The position numbers and the translations under genes are program-made. Below are positions 7,120-14,810 of a DNA stretch of 60,475 nt, piece after piece. Each line of letters begins with the position of its first letter. The stretch's first letter is position 1. Location: positions 1-60,475 of the forward strand of contig JBNJDL010000001.1 in assembly GCA_051744825.1 (NCBI GenBank), given 5' to 3'. The notes under the pieces are model-generated. The model saw only the letters and a program-made list of their open reading frames with translations. It was not told the DNA's origin and ran no database searches. The stretch is from Bacillota bacterium (GTDB lineage Bacteria > Bacillota > Halanaerobiia > Halanaerobiales > DATFIM01).

Positions 7120-9384
7120 TTAACCACACTTAGACCAGCCACAATTTCTACAACTTGAACATCCACCTTCATGTTCTAACTTAAATCCACATTCTGGGCA
7201 TTTAGCTTCATCTTTTATTTCAACATCAGTTTTAACTTCTTTAGTTTTTTCTATAATATCAATTTCATCTGTGTGATTTATTTTTTCTTTTATTTCTTTT
7301 AATTTTAAAGCAATTGCTCCAGCGCAGCTTGCCCCTGGACTAACATCTTTTCCTTTACCTCTTGCAGCTTGATAAGCTGGGCAACTTCCTGCACTTAATA
7401 ATTGGTCAATTACATCATCTAATTTTATTCCACCTCTCAAAGATAATGAAATCAATCTTGATGTTGCTCTAGTGAATATCATACAACCTCCATTAGCTGA
7501 TTCAGTAAAAGTCTCAATAATATTATCATCATCATCAACAACAATTATAAGCCACATTGTGCCACAACCTGTGTCAAGTTTATATCTATAGCTTTTAGCT
7601 TTTTCTTGAGCGTCTCTAATTTCGCCTCTTTTAAGTTTATTATTTTTATTTGATTTTCCTTTTGTTTTTATATATGCTTCTGTATATGCCTCTATAAGTT
7701 TTTTATCTTCATTTTCATCTTCTTCATTTAAAACTTGGACTTGTCTGCTTCCATTCCTATAAATAGTTATTCCTTTTAATTGCCTCATAAATGCTTCTTT
7801 ATAAATAAAACTAACATCATCTTTAGTTGCATTTTCTGGGAGGTTAATTGTTTTAGATACTGCACTTCCAACATTTTTCTGCCAAGCAGCTTGCATTAAT
7901 AAATGGTCAATAGGATCAATATTTAAAGCTGTTCTTAAAGTATCTTTAGAAGCAACTTTAGTAAAATCATATTCTAATTGTGTTTTATTTCCATCCCCAT
8001 CAGTATGAGTATATTTTAAGCTAAAAAATGGCTCAATCCCATAACTAGTATTTGCTATTAAAGCTCTACTTCCCGTCGGAGCAACAGTTGTCAAAACTGC
8101 ATTTCTTCTAGGAGTTCTAATATCAGTATTATCAAAACCAGGAAATTCTCCTTTTTCTTCAGCTAGTTTTTCGCTATAATTAATAGCTGTATCATTAATG
8201 AATTCAGATAATTCTTCAGCTAAATCTCTTGCTTTTTTAGTATCATAAGGAATATCTAAATACATCAACATCTCATGAAATCCCATAACTCCAATCCCTA
8301 TTTTTCTATATTCTAAAGCTTTTTCTTCTAATTCTGGGAGTGGATAATCATTCATATCAATTACATCATCTAAAAACCTAACTGCATTTTCGACTATAGT
8401 TTCTAAATAATCCCAAGCAACTTCATAATTTATTGGCTTATTATCTACAAAATCAACAGCTCTTAACATATTAGCTAAATTAATTGCCCCTAAAATGCAT
8501 GATTCATAAGGAAGCAGAGGTTGCTCGCCGCATACATTTACTCCTTCAATTCTTTCATTAATTGGATGCTTTTCGTTTATTGTGTCTAAAAATATTAATC
8601 CTGGCTCTCCATTTTTATGAGCATATTCTACTATTAAATCAAACAATCCAACTGCGCTAACTGTGTCAACTACAGAATTATCTTTAGGACTTATTAAATC
8701 AAATTCTTCTTCATTCATAACTGCATCCATAAAATCATCAGTGATTCCAACTGAGATATTAAAATTAGTTAACTGTTTTTCAAGTAAAGTATTTTTTAAA
8801 ACTTCAGCTTCTTTTTTATTTAATTGAGATTTCATTGATTCATATATTTGTTTATTTTTATCATTAAGTTCACCTTTAGAAGTTACAAAATCAACTATAT
8901 CTGGATGATCTACTCTAAGAACTCCCATATTAGCGCCTTTTCTTCTTCCGCCTTGTTTTACAATATCAGTTGCTCTATCAAAAACTTTCATGAATGACAT
9001 CGGCCCACTTGAAACTCCATCAATATCGCCAACTCTTGCGCCTGATTCTCTTAATCTACTAAAAGCAAAACCAGTCCCACTCCCGGCTTTATTTACTAAA
9101 GCAAGTTCTTTTATAGCTTCAAATATTGAATCCATTGAGTCGTCTACTGGGAGAACATTGCAGGCTGACATATATTGTTCTTCAGTCCCTGCATTCATTA
9201 GACATGGACTATTAGGAATAAAATCCATATTAGTTAACATTGCTTCAAATTCTTCATACCATAAAACTGAATCAATTTCAGCTTCTGAAACAACATCAGC
9301 TACTCTTCTTGAAATATCTTGCCAATCTTCTTCTCCATCTAATAAGTATCTATCTTTTAAAAGTTGTTGAATTCTTTGCTCCAT
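7120..9384 (-). CDS. nrdJ: Ribonucleotide reductase, class II (adenosylcobalamin-dependent type) with C-terminal zinc ribbon
   Basis: NVCGEQPL active-site loop and TVAPTGS. C-terminal CPECG...CSSCRNCG. The start is set at MEQRIQQ (ATG 9384) after AGGAGG. Confidence 0.85.
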   Translation of the reverse strand: MEQRIQQLLKDRYLLDGEEDWQDISRRVADVVSEAEIDSVLWYEEFEAMLTNMDFIPNSPCLMNAGTEEQYMSACNVLPVDDSMDSIFEAIKELALVNKAGSGTGFAFSRLRESGARVGDIDGVSSGPMSFMKVFDRATDIVKQGGRRKGANMGVLRVDHPDIVDFVTSKGELNDKNKQIYESMKSQLNKKEAEVLKNTLLEKQLTNFNISVGITDDFMDAVMNEEEFDLISPKDNSVVDTVSAVGLFDLIVEYAHKNGEPGLIFLDTINEKHPINERIEGVNVCGEQPLLPYESCILGAINLANMLRAVDFVDNKPINYEVAWDYLETIVENAVRFLDDVIDMNDYPLPELEEKALEYRKIGIGVMGFHEMLMYLDIPYDTKKARDLAEELSEFINDTAINYSEKLAEEKGEFPGFDNTDIRTPRRNAVLTTVAPTGSRALIANTSYGIEPFFSLKYTHTDGDGNKTQLEYDFTKVASKDTLRTALNIDPIDHLLMQAAWQKNVGSAVSKTINLPENATKDDVSFIYKEAFMRQLKGITIYRNGSRQVQVLNEEDENEDKKLIEAYTEAYIKTKGKSNKNNKLKRGEIRDAQEKAKSYRYKLDTGCGTMWLIIVVDDDDNIIETFTESANGGCMIFTRATSRLISLSLRGGIKLDDVIDQLLSAGSCPAYQAARGKGKDVSPGASCAGAIALKLKEIKEKINHTDEIDIIEKTKEVKTDVEIKDEAKCPECGFKLEHEGGCSSCRNCGWSKCG

Positions 9385-9394
9385 TTTATACCTC

Positions 9395-9613
9395 CTATTT
9401 ATATTTATCTTCATTGAATATATTTTTTAAAGATTGTAATTTGTTGTTTATATAAATTACATATAAGATTACATAACTGAAACTAACTATAATAACTATT
9501 TTTGGCCCATAATAAATTCCATAGAATACTACAGTAAATCCTAAAACCGCTAACATCAACCAAAACATTATCCAACCTAATAATTCAAGAGGTTTAATCA
9601 GAATCACCCCCAT
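9395..9613 (-). CDS. Small two-helix membrane protein
   Basis: Two hydrophobic stretches (WIMFWLMLAVLGFTVVFYGIYYGPKIVIIVSFSYVILYVI). Confidence 0.5.
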   Translation of the reverse strand: MGVILIKPLELLGWIMFWLMLAVLGFTVVFYGIYYGPKIVIIVSFSYVILYVIYINNKLQSLKNIFNEDKYK

Positions 9614-10178
9614 TTATCATCTCAGGAAATGTAAGATTTTTATCTAAATAATTTCTAAAGTATTCCCATTCAACTAAACTAGAATGTTTTCTTTGAGAAT
9701 AAATAGTTTTCAACTGAAGATAATTAGTTGTAATTCTAGCTGTTAATTCCAATCCCATTGGAGAAGTTGCCATTATTTCTTGAAATATTGTTCTTTTGAC
9801 TTCTTTACTTTCAATGTCATTATAATCCTCAATTTTCTCTTCTAAAATATCAATTACTCTTTCATCAACAAAATCGCTGCATTGCTTTTTAATATCCATA
9901 TCTAATATTTTGTGCATTTTAGATTGACTTGAAATAATATCAGCAAAATGATAACGTCCAAATTGAAGCCACCAATATTGAGGAGCTGTAATATCAGCAT
10001 GAACTACAATTCCTTTTAAAGCACAATCATGACCACTCCCAATTGGAGCTTTAGCTAATTTTTCAAGTCTTTTATAATCTTTAGTTTCAACTATATTTTT
10101 TATCTCAGTTGATTTTGGATAACCGCTAGCAACTAAAGTTTCTTCAATATCATATTCCCTTAATTTATTTATTTTCAT
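9594..10178 (-). CDS. ThyX-like protein (FAD-dependent thymidylate synthase fold) with a divergent signature motif
   Basis: GHDCALKGIVVHADITAPQYWWLQFGRYHFADIISSQSKMH aligns by eye to the ThyX block ...QLvRHRiaSySqqSqRY. RYH replaces RHR. Confidence 0.45.
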   Translation of the reverse strand: MKINKLREYDIEETLVASGYPKSTEIKNIVETKDYKRLEKLAKAPIGSGHDCALKGIVVHADITAPQYWWLQFGRYHFADIISSQSKMHKILDMDIKKQCSDFVDERVIDILEEKIEDYNDIESKEVKRTIFQEIMATSPMGLELTARITTNYLQLKTIYSQRKHSSLVEWEYFRNYLDKNLTFPEMINGGDSD

Positions 10179-10179
10179 A

Positions 10180-10572
10180 TTAATTCCTCCATGCTATTTT
10201 ATAATTATTTTCTAAATACTTTTTATTAAAATTAAATTTTTGATTATCATCTGTTGTTGTTACATATTCTTCGTTATTTTCATATATTTCTAATATTTTT
10301 TTAGCATTAAATATTCCTTTTTTATTTTCTATAATATCGCCTTTTTTAAATTTAAAATCTTCAGCGGATAAATTATCTACAAAATCTTTAGCTTTCATTG
10401 CTGCCTCAGCTGGGCCTACTTCATTACATTCATATATTGTAGATTCGCTAACTATCTCTTTTACTATTGAATTCCACCCATACAACATATTTCTTAATAT
10501 TATTTTTTTATCTTTATATTCAAAAACTATTTCATAACAATCATCAAAAGGAATGTCAAAAGTTTTACTCAT
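10180..10572 (-). CDS. Hypothetical protein with FKxGD repeat (paralog group)
   Basis: The start is set at ATG 10572 (MSKTFDIP) after GGAGGG, overlapping the upstream stop. Contains FKKGDIIENKKG, which is shared with 10565..11152 and 11323..11691. Confidence 0.5.
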   Translation of the reverse strand: MSKTFDIPFDDCYEIVFEYKDKKIILRNMLYGWNSIVKEIVSESTIYECNEVGPAEAAMKAKDFVDNLSAEDFKFKKGDIIENKKGIFNAKKILEIYENNEEYVTTTDDNQKFNFNKKYLENNYKIAWRN

Positions 10573-11152
10573 CAGAATCCCTCCACAATAAATAATAATT
10601 ATCTTCAATATATGCTTTGTTATAATACAATTTATCTTTAAGTATTTCTGTGACTAAATAATGTTGCCTATCTTCATCATATTTTATAATTTTTTTATTA
10701 TTATATTCATCATCAGTTCCTATTATATCTCCAGCTTTAAATCTATTTTCTGCAATTATTTTTAGACTATTTTTACTAAACATATCATTCAAAAGATCAC
10801 CTTCAGAATCAATATAACTAACTGCATATCTATCCCCATAATAATCTTCTTCATCTGCTATCCCGAATATAGTTCCTTTATGATTATCATTAATTATAAC
10901 TTTGTCGCCGACTTTAAAACTTTCTGTTTTACAAATCTTTTCAATCATTTCTGGCCCCCAAGTCCAATCTTCATCACCCTCTAAATATATATATTCTTTA
11001 TCATAATCAATTTTTTCAACAGTCATTTTACTGCCTCTATATTTACCCATTAGTTTAGTGAAATAAATAGTATTTCCATATAGCTTTTCTTCAATTAAAT
11101 CATTTCTAATTATAACTTCATCACCAATTTCAAGTTCATCAATATTAATCAT
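10565..11152 (-). CDS. Hypothetical protein with three (L/F)x(I/V/A)GD(E/K/I)(V/I)I repeats
   Basis: LEIGDEVIIRND, FKVGDKVIINDN and FKAGDIIGTDD. The block YAVSYIDSEGDLL is shared with 11323..11691. Confidence 0.55.
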   Translation of the reverse strand: MINIDELEIGDEVIIRNDLIEEKLYGNTIYFTKLMGKYRGSKMTVEKIDYDKEYIYLEGDEDWTWGPEMIEKICKTESFKVGDKVIINDNHKGTIFGIADEEDYYGDRYAVSYIDSEGDLLNDMFSKNSLKIIAENRFKAGDIIGTDDEYNNKKIIKYDEDRQHYLVTEILKDKLYYNKAYIEDNYYLLWRDSDE

Positions 11153-11164
11153 TTTAGTTCCCCC

Positions 11165-11326
11165 TTAATTTTTTATGCCTCTTTCAAATCTTTTGCCTTC
11201 AAAATATTCTTTTTCATAATCACAGCCAGGAGTTTGACATCTTTCCAACTTCTCTCTCAGATAACCTCTATCATAATCTTCATAAACTAAAACCATTTTT
11301 GAGCCGCAATTTTTACAGTAACTCAT
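11165..11326 (-). CDS. Small zinc-ribbon protein (53 aa, below the ORF-track cutoff)
   Basis: ATGA overlap with the stop of 11323..11691. Sequence MSYCKNCGSKMV...CQTPGCDYEKEY has two Cys pairs. Confidence 0.45.
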   Translation of the reverse strand: MSYCKNCGSKMVLVYEDYDRGYLREKLERCQTPGCDYEKEYFEGKRFERGIKN

Positions 11327-11691
11327 TTTTCTTCTTCACTCCAAACTAAACTATAAATTCCACTTTCTACAAACTCTTTAGCATTTTTTAATTCTTCTCC
11401 GTGCTTAGTTTCCATAATGTATGAATTATCTACTATATCAGTTATTTTTCTATAAGGAAAATCAACATCTAAATACTTTAATATATCGCCTACTTTAAAT
11501 TTGAATTCTTTAACTTTTTCTAAATCTTCTTTTCTATATAATTCATAAACTAAATCACCTTCATAATCAATATAACTAACTAAAACATCATACCCGACAA
11601 AATCTTTTTTAGCCATTATACATTCAACAGTTGCTTTATCGCCACTTCTAATTATAACCTTATCCCCAACTTTTAAATTATCATTATTCAT
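11323..11691 (-). CDS. Hypothetical protein, FKVGD-repeat paralog
   Basis: LKVGDKVIIRSGD...VLVSYIDYEGDLV...FKVGDILKY. Confidence 0.55.
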   Translation of the reverse strand: MNNDNLKVGDKVIIRSGDKATVECIMAKKDFVGYDVLVSYIDYEGDLVYELYRKEDLEKVKEFKFKVGDILKYLDVDFPYRKITDIVDNSYIMETKHGEELKNAKEFVESGIYSLVWSEEEK

Positions 11692-11742
11692 TTTATCCCC
11701 TCCATATTTTTATTATAACATAAATAATTGACTTTGTAAAAT

Positions 11743-12132
11743 TTATTTTTCTTTAGGCCACCCAATTCTTTTACCTCCATTTTCATCAGTGCATTCTTGA
11801 GTATATAAGTATCCATCCAATTCAATTATTTTTTCTGTTAATCTCTCAGCTAATTTATAAATATCATTATACAATTTCATTCTCTTTTTATAGTCTTCAT
11901 AATAAGGTTGAGCCATCTCAGCTAATTGATATTCTTCTTTTTTAATCCTATCGAGTAATTTATAGTGTATATGTTTTAGATCGTTTAATTCTTCAAGTTC
12001 ATCTAACAATCCATATCTACCTAAGTGTGAATTACCATATTCTTTATCGCCTTCAGCCTCTCTTGCTTGTCTCCATTTTCTAAATTCTTTTTCTGACATA
12101 TCGCAAATTCTTTTAGGATTTTTAATTTTCAA
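11743..12132 (-). CDS. Hypothetical protein
   Basis: ORF in the gene train. The start is uncertain (TTG at 12132 close to a GGGGG tract). Confidence 0.45.
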   Translation of the reverse strand: MKIKNPKRICDMSEKEFRKWRQAREAEGDKEYGNSHLGRYGLLDELEELNDLKHIHYKLLDRIKKEEYQLAEMAQPYYEDYKKRMKLYNDIYKLAERLTEKIIELDGYLYTQECTDENGGKRIGWPKEK

Positions 12133-12263
12133 TACCCCCTACTTTTATATTAAAATATTCTATAACTAAAATTAATATAATCATAAAATCATTTAATGGC
12201 TTCATTATTAGTTTATAATACCAAGGCAAAAAGTCCGGAGAAGTATATAAAACTTTATCAATT

Positions 12264-12704
12264 TCATCCTCTAAAATGAACAGCTTCAACACCTCCGGCT
12301 TCTAAGAATTCTTTTTGATTATCATATTCATCAAAAGCTTCCATTCTATTATCATTATATTTATTGATATAAATTACTTTTTCAATTCCAGCTTGAATTA
12401 TAGCTTGACAACAATTAATACAAGGTTGATGAGTTACATAAAGAATAGCGCCTTTGGATTCTTTGCCAGCTTGGATTATCGCATTAATTTCAGCATGAAC
12501 TGCCCGATGACAATGATTATCTTCTCCAATTGCGCAACCAACATCAGTGCAGTGAGCCATATTTCTTGGAGCCCCATTATAACCAGTCCCTACTATATTA
12601 TTATTTTTAACTATCAAAGCCCCAACTGTGCCTCTTGGGCAGGTAGATCTTTCAGCTGCAGCTTTTACAATTTTTATAAAATACTCAGACCATGAAATCC
12701 TCAT
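12264..12704 (-). CDS. dCMP deaminase (cytidine/deoxycytidylate deaminase zinc-binding family)
   Basis: HAEINAI and PCINCCQAI zinc-ligand motifs with the spacing typical of dCMP deaminases. Confidence 0.85.
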   Translation of the reverse strand: MRISWSEYFIKIVKAAAERSTCPRGTVGALIVKNNNIVGTGYNGAPRNMAHCTDVGCAIGEDNHCHRAVHAEINAIIQAGKESKGAILYVTHQPCINCCQAIIQAGIEKVIYINKYNDNRMEAFDEYDNQKEFLEAGGVEAVHFRG

Positions 12705-13185
12705 ATAACTCCTCCTTTATTGATTTGATTTCCCTACTTATTGTTGATTGAGATAAATTTGTTTTATCAGCGATTTCAGATTGTGTATAATCATCTATTA
12801 ATAATTTCATAATTTCAAACTTCCTTTCATCTAATTCTTTTTTAAAATAATCTAAAGCTTCTAATTCATAATATGGATTCTCATTAGATTTTAAATATTT
12901 CATTTTATCATAACCATCTTCTTCTCTAGCTTCAACTTCACTCCAATCTATCTTAACAATATCATTTTTAGTTAACTTTTTAAGCCTATTCAATATAATT
13001 GTTTTTGCATAATTTGAAAAAGCTTTTACTGGGAAGTTTTCAAAATCAAATTTTATTGCAGCTAAAGTTAATCCATATAAAGCTTCTGAATATCTTTCCT
13101 GGTGATTAAGATTCTTAAATTTCTTACACAAAGATTTTGCTAACGGGATATATTTTATAATTAAAGTTTCCCTTCGTTCTTCCAC
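12685..13185 (-). CDS. Small sigma factor (ECF-like, regions 2 and 4 only)
   Basis: About 166 aa. Region 2-like: EALYGLTLAAIKFD. Region 4 HTH: YTQSEIADKTNLSQSTISREI. Confidence 0.6.
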   Translation of the reverse strand: MEERRETLIIKYIPLAKSLCKKFKNLNHQERYSEALYGLTLAAIKFDFENFPVKAFSNYAKTIILNRLKKLTKNDIVKIDWSEVEAREEDGYDKMKYLKSNENPYYELEALDYFKKELDERKFEIMKLLIDDYTQSEIADKTNLSQSTISREIKSIKEELYEDFMV

Positions 13186-13221
13186 ATAATCACTCCTTTT
13201 GAGTTTTGAGTTGATTAATTA

Positions 13222-13464
13222 TTATATTTTTCTTTTTTCATCTTCAACATTATCATTAGCTAAAGCTTCATTACAAGCAGACATTATATTTTTTAATCCA
13301 TCTCTATCAGTTTGAATTGCATTCTTTACAAAGAATTTTATTACTTGCCCATCCGATTCTGCAACAATCTGTTGAGCTACTGAGATTTTACCATCACTTC
13401 TTCTTGAGATAACTAAATTCCTATTTTCACCAATTTTAACTTTTGCTAATTCTTTAAATTTCAT
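13222..13464 (-). CDS. Hypothetical protein
   Basis: First ORF after family-2 element A, with RBS AGGGGGAATTAAA upstream. Confidence 0.55.
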   Translation of the reverse strand: MKFKELAKVKIGENRNLVISRRSDGKISVAQQIVAESDGQVIKFFVKNAIQTDRDGLKNIMSACNEALANDNVEDEKRKI

Positions 13465-13504
13465 TTTAATTCCCCCTGTTTTTTAGTTTATGTTATTTTA
13501 CAAA

Positions 13505-13605
13505 TATCGCATGAGAAGCCGTTCTGGCCACTTTTTATTATATGAGTATTATACTATTAATATTATAATTATCATAGCCTCATCGACCTCTCACACGCTG
13601 TGCAG
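13505..13605 (-). promoter_or_regulatory. Conserved roughly 100-nt intergenic element, family 2 copy A (function unknown; contains a TATAAT box)
   Basis: Minus strand: CUGCACAGCGUGUGAGAGGUCGAUGAGG-58 nt-GCUUCUCAUGCG. The same boxes with the same 58-nt spacing recur at 25241..25340 and 57798..57896. TAGTATAAT lies at 13556..13548. Confidence 0.5.
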
Positions 13606-13752
13606 CTATTTTACAATCTCTCTTATCTGTTCATAAGCCATAGCTTTTTCAGCCTTTTCTTGTGTAGCATTCACAATATCTTTTTTGCTATTCTTAGAAT
13701 ACTTATCTTCCATTTTATCAACAATAACTTTTATTTGTTCTAATTTATTCAT
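13606..13752 (-). CDS. Small hypothetical protein (48 aa)
   Basis: ATG 13752 overlaps the stop of 13745..14083 (AAAAATGAATAA). It ends at TAG 13608..13606, directly abutting element A. Confidence 0.4.
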   Translation of the reverse strand: MNKLEQIKVIVDKMEDKYSKNSKKDIVNATQEKAEKAMAYEQIREIVK

Positions 13753-14083
13753 TTTTTGCCACCTTAATTCTGACATTCTCTTCAATAATATTTGTTAGTT
13801 TATTTGTATCAAATGTTTTTGGATCACACTTGAATTCAAATTTAGCATTTCCATCTTTATAAATTTGCAGCTTCCAGAATATATTTCTAGGTATCTCAAT
13901 CAAAGCTTCTTCATCTAACTCTTCAAATATTTTAACTTCAAAAAAATCATCAACAACCATGACAGTTTGTATTACATTAGATATTTCAGAATATGGGGCC
14001 TCAAACCTTAACTTTAAATTCCCATCACTAAAAACATCACTTTTATCAAATACTGATTCAAACTCACAAATTTCTTTTGCCAT
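13745..14083 (-). CDS. Hypothetical protein
   Basis: ORF sharing its start/stop junction with 14083..14403. Confidence 0.6.
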   Translation of the reverse strand: MAKEICEFESVFDKSDVFSDGNLKLRFEAPYSEISNVIQTVMVVDDFFEVKIFEELDEEALIEIPRNIFWKLQIYKDGNAKFEFKCDPKTFDTNKLTNIIEENVRIKVAKNE

Positions 14084-14403
14084 TAATTATTACCCCCTAA
14101 TAATATTTTTACAGCTCTAGATAAAGCTAAGTATTTACCAAAGACTTCTATATTTAAGTCATCTTCACTAACCTTAGCTGTTGTATACAATTCAAATTCC
14201 CTAGTAGTTTTATTTTTCTTCCCCACTATGCAACAACTACTTCCGTTTATTGAACAATATAATTCTATTACTCTATAACCTCTTTTACCTAATTCAGCTT
14301 TTAATTCATTAATTTTACGTTCTGTTTTTTCAATTATAGCTTCAGCTACATTTATATCAGACAAAGCTAATTCTTCAGCATAACTAAGCTGATTTTTAGT
14401 CAT
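14083..14403 (-). CDS. Hypothetical protein
   Basis: ORF in the gene train. Confidence 0.6.
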   Translation of the reverse strand: MTKNQLSYAEELALSDINVAEAIIEKTERKINELKAELGKRGYRVIELYCSINGSSCCIVGKKNKTTREFELYTTAKVSEDDLNIEVFGKYLALSRAVKILLGGNN

Positions 14404-14405
14404 TA

Positions 14406-14696
14406 TTATTCCCCCTCCTTTTTGAGTTTTTCTAATTCTTGAGCTACTTCTAATAAATCAAATGGTCTAACCATTATCCAACTAAAATCACCAACAAAAT
14501 CAACAACAAAGAAAGGAAGTTTTTGATATTTTCTAGCATTAAATATTAAAGTCTTAAAGTCTTCTCTGTTCAACCTAGTAGTCTTCTTTTCTGTAGATTT
14601 TAATTGCATGAGTAATTTATCTGAAACACCATCTTCTTTATATAATACTGTATTTCCACTCCCTTTTTGAGGTTTCAATCCAAGGTTTCTGATCAA
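14406..14696 (-). CDS. Hypothetical protein, possibly PD-(D/E)XK-like; N-terminus uncertain
   Basis: The frame stays open upstream to 14747 with GGAGGG-N6-ATA but no ATG, GTG or TTG. The track start TTG 14696 has no spacing to AAGGAA. GSGN...D...QLK is only weakly nuclease-like. Confidence 0.4.
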   Translation of the reverse strand: MIRNLGLKPQKGSGNTVLYKEDGVSDKLLMQLKSTEKKTTRLNREDFKTLIFNARKYQKLPFFVVDFVGDFSWIMVRPFDLLEVAQELEKLKKEGE

Positions 14697-14770
14697 TTCC
14701 TTCTCATCTTTTGTAATCTCTTTTTTACTTCTATATTTACTTATATTAATCCCTCCTTTTTTAAGTTGTT

Positions 14771-14795
14771 AAAAGTGGTTTTTAAAGGGAACCAC
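14771..14795 (-). terminator. Weak intrinsic terminator-like hairpin after the SprT-like gene
   Basis: Minus strand: GUGGUU-9 nt-AACCAC followed by UUUUAA. Confidence 0.35.
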
Positions 14796-14810
14796 AAAAC
14801 CCTTCTATAA

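Noticed and set aside
8990-9455. Plus-strand track ORFs 8990..9370 and 9240..9455, antisense to the ribonucleotide reductase gene
   Set aside because: They lie wholly inside a strongly supported minus-strand gene. Their low-complexity Ser/Leu/Ile composition is typical of antisense frames in AT-rich DNA. No RBS is present.
12315-12695. Plus-strand ORF antisense to the dCMP deaminase gene
   Set aside because: The deaminase frame carries both zinc-binding motifs. The antisense ORF is Ile/Phe/Ser-rich with no RBS.
13578-13590. GAUGAGG box of the family 2 elements as a fourth to sixth hammerhead
   Set aside because: The box reads CGAUGAGG, UGAUGAGG or UAAUGAGG. It lacks the invariant CUGA context, and no GAAA or cleavage-triplet arrangement accompanies it. 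No match to the twister, pistol, hatchet or HDV-like cores I could recall.
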